The notes below the pieces were generated by a model, which worked only from the letters and a program-made list of their open reading frames with translations, did no database searches and had not been told where the DNA came from. A program made the position numbers and the translations under genes. Positions 7,673-16,378 of a DNA stretch of 32,000 nucleotides are shown here, in pieces. The DNA lies in contig NC_008340.1 of assembly GCF_000014785.1 (NCBI RefSeq), positions 2,190,001 to 2,222,000 on the forward strand. The letters are read 5' to 3'. Source of the DNA: Alkalilimnicola ehrlichii MLHE-1 (lineage in GTDB: Bacteria > Pseudomonadota > Gammaproteobacteria > Nitrococcales > Halorhodospiraceae). Numbering within the stretch: position 1 is the first letter of the stretch; the number at the start of each line of letters is the position of its first letter.

Positions 7673-8053
7673 TCAGAGTGGCGGGCGGCCCACTGCATGG
7701 GCCTTGAGGTCCTTTAACGAGACCACTCGCAGCGCGGACTCGTGGGTGGCCTCCAGGATCACCGGCGGGGCACACCCCGCATGGCAGGCCTCGTCCCAGC
7801 GGGCGGCGCAAAGGCACCAGCGGTCGCCCGCCTGCAGCCCCGGAAAGCCCAGCTCCGGCCGGGGGGTCTGCAGGTCGTTACCGCGGCGCCGGGAGAAGGC
7901 CAGAAAGTCATCGGTCAGCAGCGCACACACCACATGCAGCCCCTCGTCAGAGACGTCGGTGTGGCAATAGCCGTCGCGGTAGTAGCCGGTCATGGGATCC
8001 CGACAGCACGCCTCCAGGGGCGTGCCCAGTACGTTCAGGGCGTCGCTGCTCAT
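7673..8053 (-). CDS. DUF2237 family protein
   Basis: MSSDALNVLGTPLEACCRDPMTGYYRDGYCHTDVSDEGLHVVCALLTDDFLAFSRRRGNDLQTPRPELGFPGLQAGDRWCLCAARWDEA matches the DUF2237 pattern as I recall it. The start was trimmed from the ORF-track 8200 to the ATG at 8053. Confidence 0.75.
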   Translation of the reverse strand: MSSDALNVLGTPLEACCRDPMTGYYRDGYCHTDVSDEGLHVVCALLTDDFLAFSRRRGNDLQTPRPELGFPGLQAGDRWCLCAARWDEACHAGCAPPVILEATHESALRVVSLKDLKAHAVGRPPL

Positions 8054-8189
8054 GGACGGACCTCGGTTGCCAGTGCCGATAGCCCCGACCCCCGCGGGGA
8101 CCGGCGCTGGCCCTATAATAGTACCCCAAGCGCCGACGGCACAGCCCGCCCGGATTGCAGGGCGGCCTACCCGGGTCCGTTGGTGGGGC

Positions 8190-8564
8190 TTAAGCCGCAC
8201 TCCCCTGCAAACGGTCTACCAGCACCGGGAAGATCCGCTCAGCGGCCTCCTCCGACCACGGTTGGCGGTACTTCTTCCGGATCCCGTAATCGGTCAGCAA
8301 CTCATGCCAGGTGGGGGTCACATCGTGCCGCGCCAGGCAGTTGCGCACGCACTGCAGTTGGCAGCCATCCAGTGCCAGGATTGGCCGGCCCGAGCGAGCC
8401 TGTTTGACCAGTGGCGCCACATCACCCCCGACACCGGCGATACAGGACATTTCCGCCACGCCCGCTGTTTGCAGGCGCAAGGCCAGTTGGTTGGCCAGTT
8501 GCGCTACGCTGGAGCAGCCGGAGCAGGCGTAGACCAACGGTCCACGGGAGTTCGATACTGTCAT
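8190..8564 (-). CDS. DGC-domain putative zinc-binding protein
   Basis: YACSGCSSVAQLAN...CIAGVGGD...PILALDGCQLQC is the Cys-rich DGC-domain pattern. The ATG at 8564 is preceded by GAGG. The ORF-track start at 8576 is a GTG. Confidence 0.7.
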   Translation of the reverse strand: MTVSNSRGPLVYACSGCSSVAQLANQLALRLQTAGVAEMSCIAGVGGDVAPLVKQARSGRPILALDGCQLQCVRNCLARHDVTPTWHELLTDYGIRKKYRQPWSEEAAERIFPVLVDRLQGSAA

Positions 8565-8701
8565 GGGGCCTCGCACTTCAATGCAGGATGAACCTGGCGG
8601 GCAGCCTGCCGCCCGCCCCGCTGTTCTGCCTTGATGGAAGGCAAGGAAACAATGCCCTTTTATTGCCCCTTTCTGGTGGAGGCCGTAACGTCTGACCCAC
8701 C

Positions 8702-9868
8702 ATGAACGCCCACGATGCCACCGCCTCCCGACGCCCCCGCCGCATCCCGGCCGACCGGTTCTTTTTCCCGGCAGCGGTGACCTATGCCCTGGTGGCGGTG
8801 CCCCTGTCGGTTCAAGGCCTACTGGGCGACCCGGCCTGGGCCCCGGGCCTGGCCAGCCCCTTGGGTCACGGTCAGGGGGTGTTGTTCGGCTTCGCGCTGG
8901 CCCTGGTGGCCGGCTTTCTGGTCACCCGGGTCTCCGCCGGCATCCTGGCCGCGCTGGCGGGGCTCTGGCTGCTGGGCCGGGTGGCGACACTTTGGCCCGC
9001 CGGGATGATCGCGCTGGTACCGGACGCCCTGTTCGTGGTCCTGCTGGCCGTGCTGATCGTCCCTCCCCTGCTCCGCCGGGCCAAGAAGTGGCGCAACCTG
9101 GCCTTCGGCTGGCTGCTGCTGACCATCTGCCTGGCCGCCCTCACCGCGCCGGTGCTGCGGCTGCTAACCCTGCAGGGGCCGGCCTGGCTGCTGCTGCGGG
9201 AGGCGGTGTTGCTGTTCGCCCTACTGATGCTCTTTGTGGGCGGGCGCATCATCGCGCCCGCCGTCGCGGGTGCCATCGAACGCCAGGGCGGCCGCCTGAC
9301 GGCACGGGTGCAACCGCGGCTGGAGGCGGCGCTGCTGATCCTGATGGCGGCGGCCGCGATCGCCCTCGCGCTGCCGACGGCCGGCATACTGGCCGGCTCG
9401 CTGCTTTGGGCGGCGGCGGCCCTGGCCGCCATCCGCCTGCTCCGCTGGCGCCTCTGGCGGTGCCGCCACCGCCCGGACCTGATCACCCTGGGTATCGGCT
9501 ACGCCTGGTTGGTGGTTGGCATCGCCCTGCTGGGCGCCCAGCAGCTGGGCGCAGTGACACCGGGCACCGCCACCCACGCCGTCACCGTCGGCGCGCTGGG
9601 TCATCTCGCCAGCGCCGTGATCACCCGCACCTGGGGGCATCGGCACCGCTGGCGGCCGGAACAGTACCGGTACCTGCTGCCACTCTCCGGGCTGCTCAGC
9701 CTGAGCGCCGCCGCCCGGCTGCTCTGGGCGGATACGGTCACCGGCCTCTGGTTGGCGGCTGGCCTGTGGAGCCTCGCCCTTGGGCTGTTGCTGGCCCAGA
9801 TGGTACGCATGGCCTGGCGGCCCGCCCCAAGACCCGATTCCCCCACCCACCCGTCGGAGAACAGATGA
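8702..9868 (+). CDS. nnrS: NnrS family integral membrane protein
   Basis: 388 aa and very hydrophobic, with many predicted TM segments. The N-terminal RIPADRFFFPAAVTYALVAVPL and GHGQGVLFGFALALVAGFL resemble the NnrS family signature. Confidence 0.7.
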   Translation: MNAHDATASRRPRRIPADRFFFPAAVTYALVAVPLSVQGLLGDPAWAPGLASPLGHGQGVLFGFALALVAGFLVTRVSAGILAALAGLWLLGRVATLWPAGMIALVPDALFVVLLAVLIVPPLLRRAKKWRNLAFGWLLLTICLAALTAPVLRLLTLQGPAWLLLREAVLLFALLMLFVGGRIIAPAVAGAIERQGGRLTARVQPRLEAALLILMAAAAIALALPTAGILAGSLLWAAAALAAIRLLRWRLWRCRHRPDLITLGIGYAWLVVGIALLGAQQLGAVTPGTATHAVTVGALGHLASAVITRTWGHRHRWRPEQYRYLLPLSGLLSLSAAARLLWADTVTGLWLAAGLWSLALGLLLAQMVRMAWRPAPRPDSPTHPSENR

Positions 9869-10470
9869 TGGAGCTCTACCTCAATGCCACCTCCCCCTAC
9901 GCCCGCGTGGTCCGCATCGCGGCCCTGGAAAAGGGCCTGGAGACGGCGATCACCCTGCAGTGGTGCGACCCGTGGAGCGACGACCCCCGCCTATTGGCGG
10001 TCAACCCCGCCGCCCGGGTTCCGGCCCTGGTCACGGATGAGGGCCACACCCTGAGCGAGTCCCTGCTCATCGTCCATCACCTGGATGCGGTGGGCCCTGG
10101 GCCGGACCTTGTGCCGCAGGCAGGGCGCAGCGAGACCCTGCAGCAGACGGGCTGGGGTCAGGGCCTGATGGAGGCGGCTTTTCAGACCGTGATCGCCCGC
10201 AAACACCAGGGGGCAGCAGCCGATGAGAGCGTATTGGGGCAGCGACGGCTGCGTGCGATCGATCGCACCCTGGCCGCGCTGGCGGACCACGGGATGGATC
10301 AACCCGGCACGAACACGGTCACTCTGGGGGGAATCGTGGTGGCGGTGGCACTGGATTACCTGCTGTTCCGATTGCCCGAGGTGGCTTGGCAGGACCGTCA
10401 CCCGGCGCTGGCGCGCTGGCACGACGAGATGAGCAATCGGAGCAGTTTCCTCCGGACCCGTTTCCCTTGA
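9865..10470 (+). CDS. Glutathione S-transferase family protein
   Basis: MMELYLNATSPYARVVRIAALEKGLE...NPAARVPALVTDEGHTLSESLLIVHHLD is a GST N-terminal thioredoxin-like domain, followed by an alpha-helical C-domain. The start ATGATG overlaps the nnrS stop (ATGA overlap at 9865-9868). The ORF-track version (8992-10470) is an artefactual 5' extension through nnrS. Confidence 0.8.
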   Translation: MMELYLNATSPYARVVRIAALEKGLETAITLQWCDPWSDDPRLLAVNPAARVPALVTDEGHTLSESLLIVHHLDAVGPGPDLVPQAGRSETLQQTGWGQGLMEAAFQTVIARKHQGAAADESVLGQRRLRAIDRTLAALADHGMDQPGTNTVTLGGIVVAVALDYLLFRLPEVAWQDRHPALARWHDEMSNRSSFLRTRFP

Positions 10471-10492
10471 AGGGGCGTGGGGAAAGAAAGCA

Positions 10493-10520
10493 CCCCACCC
10501 GATGGCGCCATCGGGTGGGG
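10493..10520. repeat. Perfect 28-bp palindrome (possible U-tract-less terminator or protein-binding site)
   Basis: CCCCACCCGATGGC|GCCATCGGGTGGGG has 14-bp arms with no mismatch. It lies 23 nt downstream of the GST stop. Confidence 0.6.
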
Positions 10521-10770
10521 GCATTGGCGGCCTTCCGGCTCTCCGGACCGTACCTTCCAGTGGCGCGGCCGAGGCATCCTTGCTGCGCTTCTTGCTGCAT
10601 CATGCTGAAGTTATATCCCGTCACATCCTTGTGACGGTCGACCTCCCTGTCTGGTTACGTAAGCTACGCCTATTCGGTCATCTATAAATTGACCTGCATC
10701 AATTCATTCGCATCCTTGAGACTTTCTAGTCTATGATTTTATTACTATTCCTCACCCATTATGACTATTT

Positions 10771-12252
10771 CTAATCACCCAAAAGTGGGATTACCAGCAG
10801 GGTGCTCACCAGCACCAGTAATGGCAGGGCCGCCGCGGTAACCCACGCCCCAGCATAGAGCATATCCGTAACCCGAAGCCGTTCGCTGCCAAAGATAATG
10901 GCATTCGGGGGCGTGGCCACAGGGAGCATGAAGGCACAGGAGGCCGCCAGCGCCACCGGCACCGCCAGCAGCAGCGGGTCGAGCTCCAGCATCAAGGCCA
11001 GGGAGACCATCAACGGCAGCAGCGTCGCCGCAGTGGCGGTGTTACTGGTCACGTGGCTAAGCAGCATGGTCAGTGCGGCGATTACCGCAATCAACGACCA
11101 GACCGGCCACCCCGCCAGGTCAGTGAGCAACAGCGCGATGGCGCTGGACAGGCCGCTTTCCTCGATCGCCACCCCCAGGCTCAAACCACCGCCGACCAGC
11201 ACCAGCACTCCCCAAGGCAGCTCGCGGGTCGAGGCCCAGTCCAGCAGGAACTGCTGGCGGCGCCAGTCCACCGGGACCAGAAAAAGCGCCACCCCCGCGG
11301 TCAGGGCGATACCGGCATCACTCAGCACCCCCCACGGCCAGACCTGCTGCAACAAGGGCCGACTGACCCAGGCCAAGGCGGTGAGCGCGAAGATGATCGC
11401 GACCCGGCGCTCGCCCCGGCCGATCCGCCCCAGTGATTTCCGCTGGGTGGCGATCAGCTCCGTGATCCCCTCCATGGTCTGGCGCTCCACGCGGTAGACC
11501 TTGTGGGTCAACAGCCACCAGGTGATCAGCAGCAGGGTCAGCGCCAGCGGGACGCCCAACAACATCCACTGGGCGAAGCCGATCACCACGCCCTGGCGAT
11601 CGGCCAGGAACCCGGCCAGCAGCGCATTGGGCGGCGTCCCAATAAGGGTGCCCATACCGCCGATGTTCGCGGCAAAAGCGATACCGATGAGCAGGCCGAG
11701 GACGAAATCCCGCTCGATCCGCCCCCCTCTGTCCTCCAGCAGGGCAATCACCGACAGTCCGATCGGCAGCATCATGGCAGCGGTGGCGGTGTTGCTGACC
11801 CACATACTGAGGCCCGCCGTGGCGACCATGAAGCCCCCGATCAGCAGGTCCGGCCGCCGGCCGGCAAGGCTCAGGATGGTGATCGCGATACGCCGGTGCA
11901 GATTCCAGCGCTGGATCGCCATGGCCAACAGAAAGCCACCGAGGAAGAGAAAGATCAGCGGGTTGGCGTAGGGGGCCGCGGCACTCTCCACGCTGCTGAC
12001 CCCCATAAGCGGCAGTACCACCACCGGCAACAGGGCCGTGACGGGCAGCGGCAGCGCTTCACTGACCCACCAGGTGGCCATCAACAAGGTCAGCGCGGCG
12101 ACCCGCCAGGCCTCGGGCGAGAGCTCCCCGGGCGGCCCCAGTCCCACCATCAGTGCGAAGAGCGAAGGTCCCAGCAACAGCCCGAACACCCGGCGCCAGT
12201 GATGGGCCGCGCGTTCGGGCTGTTGCGTATTATCGGGACCGGGCGGACTCAC
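10771..12252 (-). CDS. DASS/SLC13 family anion (sulfate/di- or tricarboxylate):cation symporter
   Basis: 493 aa polytopic membrane protein. WWVSEALPLPVTALLPVVVLPLMGV, SNTATAAMMLPI, FAANIGGMGTLIGTPPNAL, SNTATAATLLPL and FMLPVATPPNAIIF are the duplicated SNT/PPN hairpin motifs of the family. The start is GTG at 12252 and is uncertain. Confidence 0.85.
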   Translation of the reverse strand: MSPPGPDNTQQPERAAHHWRRVFGLLLGPSLFALMVGLGPPGELSPEAWRVAALTLLMATWWVSEALPLPVTALLPVVVLPLMGVSSVESAAAPYANPLIFLFLGGFLLAMAIQRWNLHRRIAITILSLAGRRPDLLIGGFMVATAGLSMWVSNTATAAMMLPIGLSVIALLEDRGGRIERDFVLGLLIGIAFAANIGGMGTLIGTPPNALLAGFLADRQGVVIGFAQWMLLGVPLALTLLLITWWLLTHKVYRVERQTMEGITELIATQRKSLGRIGRGERRVAIIFALTALAWVSRPLLQQVWPWGVLSDAGIALTAGVALFLVPVDWRRQQFLLDWASTRELPWGVLVLVGGGLSLGVAIEESGLSSAIALLLTDLAGWPVWSLIAVIAALTMLLSHVTSNTATAATLLPLMVSLALMLELDPLLLAVPVALAASCAFMLPVATPPNAIIFGSERLRVTDMLYAGAWVTAAALPLLVLVSTLLVIPLLGD

Positions 12253-12253
12253 C

Positions 12254-13879
12254 TCAGACCTTGAACTGCCCCACCAGCCCCTTCAGCTCCCGGGCCAGTT
12301 TCGCCAGCTCATCGCCAGCAGTGGCGGTCTCGCGGGACCCGTTGGCCGTCTGCTCGGCCACATCGGTGATGCTGGTGATATTGCGGTTGATCTCCTCGGC
12401 CACCGCGCTCTGCTCCTCAGCCGCACTGGCGATCTGCTCGTTGGAGCTGCTGATGGTCTGTACCGAGGAGGCGATCTCCTTCAAAGCCTCGCCGGCATCG
12501 CCCGCCTGCCCCACGGTCTGCTGCGCCTGGCCGTAACCGGCCTCCATGACCTGGACCGCGGTCTGGGTCTCCTGCTGCAGGCCGCTGATCATCTCCTGGA
12601 TGCTCTGGGTGGACTCGTGGGTCCGGCTGGCCAGCGAGCGGACCTCGTCGGCGACCACGGCAAAGCCGCGACCGGCGTCGCCGGCGCGGGCCGCCTCGAT
12701 GGCGGCGTTGAGCGCCAGCAGGTTGGTCTGTTCGGCGATCTCCCGAATCAGGTCGGAGACCTCACCGATGCGCTCGCTGTCCACTGCCAGCTTGCGGATC
12801 ACCTCAGAGGCCTTCTGCACCTCCTCGGCCAACCGGTCGATGCTGGCGATGGTGCGCTCCACCACATCCTGGCCCCGCTCCGAGGCCTCGGCACCGGCGC
12901 GGGTGGCCTGGGCGGCGTCCTGCGCGTTGCGGGCCACCTCCTGGGCGGTGGCGGTCATCTCATTCATGGCCGTCGCCACCTGTTCGATCTGCTCGCGCTG
13001 GGACTCCACCCCCTGGTTGGTCTGCACGGTCACGGACGAGACCCGGTCTGCGGCATCGGTCAGCCGGCTGGCGGTGTTGACCACCCGTTTCACCAGGTCG
13101 TGGAACTTGTCCATGGTGTGGTTGAAGGCCAGCGAGGCCTTGCCGATCTCATCCGTGCCCCGGTCGGGCAGCCGGCGGGTCAGATCCCCGTCACCGCTGG
13201 CGATGTCCTCCAGCCGCTCGGTCATATCGCTGAGCGGCGCGGAGACGAAGCGTTTGATGAACAGATAGACCACGCCCAGCAAGGGGATGCTGAGCAACAC
13301 CGCCAGGCCGAAGACCAGGGTGCCAAAGCGGAACACGGCCTGGTTCACCTCCTGCAGGCCGATGCGCATGCTGACCGCCCCCAACACCTCGTCCTCCTCG
13401 GCCATGGCGTGACAGGCCATGCAGTTTTTACCCAGGTAGTCCCGCGCGTTGACGTTCGGGATGACCGCGTAAAGGTGATCACCCCCCGGCTCCACCTCGA
13501 TATGCGCCTCACCGCTGGCCAGCACCTGCTCCTCGACGGCATTGGCCGGCTGGCTCACCGCCAACCCCTCGCCGAACTGCCGGCTGACGGCCTCGGAGCG
13601 CAGCACGCGCAGGTCCTCCATGTTGTGGAGGGCGAGGATCTGGTCCAGGAACTCGTCCCGGTCATCCATCTTCCAGAGGATCATCAGCGTGGTGAGACCG
13701 GCCATGGTCATTTCATTCATGGTCTCACTGAAGGTGACCGCCTGGGTGAGCGCGGTGTTGCGCTGTTCGTAGACCGACCAGGCGATGAGCGCACTCCAGG
13801 CGACCACCAGCATGAGCCAGATGGCCAGCAGCAGCCGCACCCAGATTGGCCAGTTGTTGAAGCGATTGACAAGATTCAT
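12254..13879 (-). CDS. Methyl-accepting chemotaxis protein with a periplasmic CxxCH (c-type heme) sensor domain
   Basis: 541 aa. TM1 is residues ~11-36. The periplasmic domain holds NCMACH (C153-x-x-C156-H157, nt 13409-13423). TM2 is residues ~175-198, followed by HAMP and then the MCP signalling domain ([38 protein letters not shown]). Confidence 0.9.
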   Translation of the reverse strand: MNLVNRFNNWPIWVRLLLAIWLMLVVAWSALIAWSVYEQRNTALTQAVTFSETMNEMTMAGLTTLMILWKMDDRDEFLDQILALHNMEDLRVLRSEAVSRQFGEGLAVSQPANAVEEQVLASGEAHIEVEPGGDHLYAVIPNVNARDYLGKNCMACHAMAEEDEVLGAVSMRIGLQEVNQAVFRFGTLVFGLAVLLSIPLLGVVYLFIKRFVSAPLSDMTERLEDIASGDGDLTRRLPDRGTDEIGKASLAFNHTMDKFHDLVKRVVNTASRLTDAADRVSSVTVQTNQGVESQREQIEQVATAMNEMTATAQEVARNAQDAAQATRAGAEASERGQDVVERTIASIDRLAEEVQKASEVIRKLAVDSERIGEVSDLIREIAEQTNLLALNAAIEAARAGDAGRGFAVVADEVRSLASRTHESTQSIQEMISGLQQETQTAVQVMEAGYGQAQQTVGQAGDAGEALKEIASSVQTISSSNEQIASAAEEQSAVAEEINRNITSITDVAEQTANGSRETATAGDELAKLARELKGLVGQFKV

Positions 13880-13983
13880 TGGACACCTGCCCCGTAAGGT
13901 CCTTTTCAGTCATGGCGTGCCCTCTTAACATCGACGCCTTACGGGGTAACTTGAGCGGGTGCGGCAAACGGTGCCCTCCGGTG

Positions 13984-15354
13984 TCAGAAGCCCATGCCCG
14001 GCGGCAACTGTCCGCCGCCCCCGCCGAGCTGGCGCATCATCCGCTGCATGCCGCCCTTTTTCTTCATCTGCTTCATCATCTTCTGCATCTGTTTGAACTG
14101 CTTGAGCAGGCGGTTGACCTCCTGCACCTGGGTGCCGGAGCCCTGGGCGATGCGGCGCTTGCGGGAGCCGTTGATGATATCGGGCCGGCGCCGTTCATCC
14201 GGGGTCATGGAATTGATGATGGCCACCAGGCGGCGCACCTGCTTGTCGTCCATCCGGCCCTTGACCTGCTCGGACATGTTGCCCATGCCCGGCATCTTGT
14301 CCATCAGCCCACCGATGCCCCCCAGCTTGTTCACCTGCTCCATCTGCGACTTGAAGTCCTCAAGGTCGAAGCCCTTGCCCTTCTTGAGCTTCTTGCTGAG
14401 CTTCTCGGCCTCGCTGCGGTCGACCTTGCGCTCCACCTCCTCGACCAGGGAGAGCACGTCGCCCATGCCGAGGATCCGGGAGGCGACCCGGTCGGGGTGG
14501 AAGGGCTCCAGGGCGGTGGTCTTCTCCCCCACCCCCAGGAACTTGATGGGCTTGCCCGTGATGTGGCGGATGGACAGGGCCGCCCCGCCCCGGGCGTCGC
14601 CATCGGTCTTGGTCAGGATCACGCCGGTGAGCGGCAGGGCGTCGTGGAAGGCGCGCGCGGTGTTGGCCGCGTCCTGGCCGGTCATGCTGTCGACCACGAA
14701 CAGCGTCTCCACCGGCGTCACGGCCTTGTGCAGGCGCTGCACCTCGTCCATGAGGTCCTGATCGATATGCAGCCGGCCGGCGGTGTCCACCAGCAGGACG
14801 TCGAAAAACTGCTTGCGGGCGTGATCCAGCGCCGCCCGGGCGATCCGCTCCGGGTCCTGATCGGCGGCGCTGGGGAACCACTCCACGCCCACCTCGTCGG
14901 CGAGGGTACGCAGCTGCTCGATGGCCGCCGGGCGGTAGATGTCGCAACTGACCACCAGCACCTTTTTCTTCTCCCGCTCGGTGAGATAGCGGGCGAGCTT
15001 AGCGGTGCTGGTGGTCTTGCCCGAGCCCTGCAAGCCGGCGAGCAGCACCACCGCTGGCGGCTTGGCGGCCAGGTCCAGGGCGTCGTTCTCTTCGCCCATG
15101 ACCTGGACCAGTTCGTCCTTGACGATCTTGATCAGTGCCTGTCCGGGGGTGAGGCTTTTCATCACCTCCGCCCCCATGGCGCGCTCGCGCACCTGGGCGA
15201 TGAACTCGCGCACCACCGGCAGGGCCACATCGGCCTCCAGCAGCGCCATGCGCACTTCGCGCAGGGTATCTTTGATGTTGTCCTCGGTCAGACGCCCTTT
15301 GCCGCGCAAGCGGCCCATGGCGTCCGAGAGGCGTCCACTGAGGTTGTCAAACAT
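13984..15354 (-). CDS. ffh: Signal recognition particle protein Ffh
   Basis: MFDNLSGRLSDAMGRLRGKGRLTEDNI, GLQGSGKTTSTAKLA and DTAGRLHID, plus a Met-rich M domain at the C-terminus. Confidence 0.97.
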   Translation of the reverse strand: MFDNLSGRLSDAMGRLRGKGRLTEDNIKDTLREVRMALLEADVALPVVREFIAQVRERAMGAEVMKSLTPGQALIKIVKDELVQVMGEENDALDLAAKPPAVVLLAGLQGSGKTTSTAKLARYLTEREKKKVLVVSCDIYRPAAIEQLRTLADEVGVEWFPSAADQDPERIARAALDHARKQFFDVLLVDTAGRLHIDQDLMDEVQRLHKAVTPVETLFVVDSMTGQDAANTARAFHDALPLTGVILTKTDGDARGGAALSIRHITGKPIKFLGVGEKTTALEPFHPDRVASRILGMGDVLSLVEEVERKVDRSEAEKLSKKLKKGKGFDLEDFKSQMEQVNKLGGIGGLMDKMPGMGNMSEQVKGRMDDKQVRRLVAIINSMTPDERRRPDIINGSRKRRIAQGSGTQVQEVNRLLKQFKQMQKMMKQMKKKGGMQRMMRQLGGGGGQLPPGMGF

Positions 15355-15531
15355 GGTTCATCTCGTCCCGTTGCCGGGGGTGGGCGTCCACCCACCCGGA
15401 GTTTGGCATCAGTATATCGTTAGCGGCCTTCGCTGACTTCCCGTGTTTCAGCTTGTATGCGATGATCAGCGCAGATTCCCAGTTTGCCCCCCTGTTTCCC
15501 GGGGGCTGCCCGGAGACGCTTCAACCTGACC

Positions 15532-16326
15532 ATGCTGTTGCTTATCGCCATGCTGGCCGCCGCTCTCCACCTTCTGGCCGGCGGCCTGCTGTTCCTACGC
15601 CTGATCCACGGCACCGCCCGGGTGACGGGCCGCGGCCTGCCCCTGGGGCTGGCGGCGGTGGCGGCGCTGCTGCACGCGGTCGTGGTCTGGTCGGCGGTGT
15701 GGACACCGGTTGGGCTCAACCTGGGCTTTTTCAATGCCCTGGCGGTGGTCAGCCTGTTCATGGTGGTGGGCATGCTGCTGGCCACCAGTCGCCTGCCGGT
15801 CTGCCACCTCGGTGTCATCCTGCTGCCGATCAGCGCCTTCAGTGTGCTGATGGCCTGCACCCCCGACTGCGGCACGGTGGTGCCGCGCGAGCCCGGGGTC
15901 GACCTGCACATCCTCACCTCCATGCTCGGCTACAGCACCCTGGCCCTGGCGGCCATTCAGGCGCTGATCCTGGCCGCCCTGGATTACCGCCTGCGGCACC
16001 GGCGCATGGGGGGCTTCGTGCGCCGGCTGCCGGCACTCAACACCATGGAGCAACAGCTGTTCGGGATGCTCTGGCTGGGCTTCGCGCTGCTCTCCGTGGG
16101 CCTGCTCACCGGCCTGGTGTTCGTGGATGACCTGCTGGCCCAGCACCTGGTCCACAAGACCACGCTCTCGGTGGTCGCCTGGGTGGTCTTCGGCACGCTG
16201 CTGGTGGGCCGCTGGCGGCTGGGCTGGCGGGGCCAGACCGCCGTGCGCTGGACGCTCGGCGGCTTCGCCGCACTGATGCTGGCCTATTTCGGCAGCAAAT
16301 TCGTGCTGGAATTGCTACTCGCCTGA
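15532..16326 (+). CDS. ypjD: YpjD/CcsA-like cytochrome c assembly family inner-membrane protein
   Basis: It is divergent from ffh, as in E. coli. The C-terminal KTTLSVVAWVVFGTLLVGRWRLGWRGQTAVRWTLGGFAALMLAYFGSKFV matches the YpjD tail (...WRGRR...LAYFGS). I prefer the ATG at 15532 over the TTG at 15484, but the start is uncertain. Confidence 0.8.
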   Translation: MLLLIAMLAAALHLLAGGLLFLRLIHGTARVTGRGLPLGLAAVAALLHAVVVWSAVWTPVGLNLGFFNALAVVSLFMVVGMLLATSRLPVCHLGVILLPISAFSVLMACTPDCGTVVPREPGVDLHILTSMLGYSTLALAAIQALILAALDYRLRHRRMGGFVRRLPALNTMEQQLFGMLWLGFALLSVGLLTGLVFVDDLLAQHLVHKTTLSVVAWVVFGTLLVGRWRLGWRGQTAVRWTLGGFAALMLAYFGSKFVLELLLA

Positions 16327-16378
16327 CCTGGGGCGGCCGGCGGCGGGCCCTCACTGCCCCACCGCCGCTGTTTCGCGA

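Noticed and set aside
8992-9864. A 291-codon N-terminal extension of the GST ORF (listed as 8992-10470)
   Set aside because: The extension overlaps nnrS in another frame and is Arg/Pro/Gly-rich. The GST fold starts exactly at MMELYLNATSPYARV (9865).
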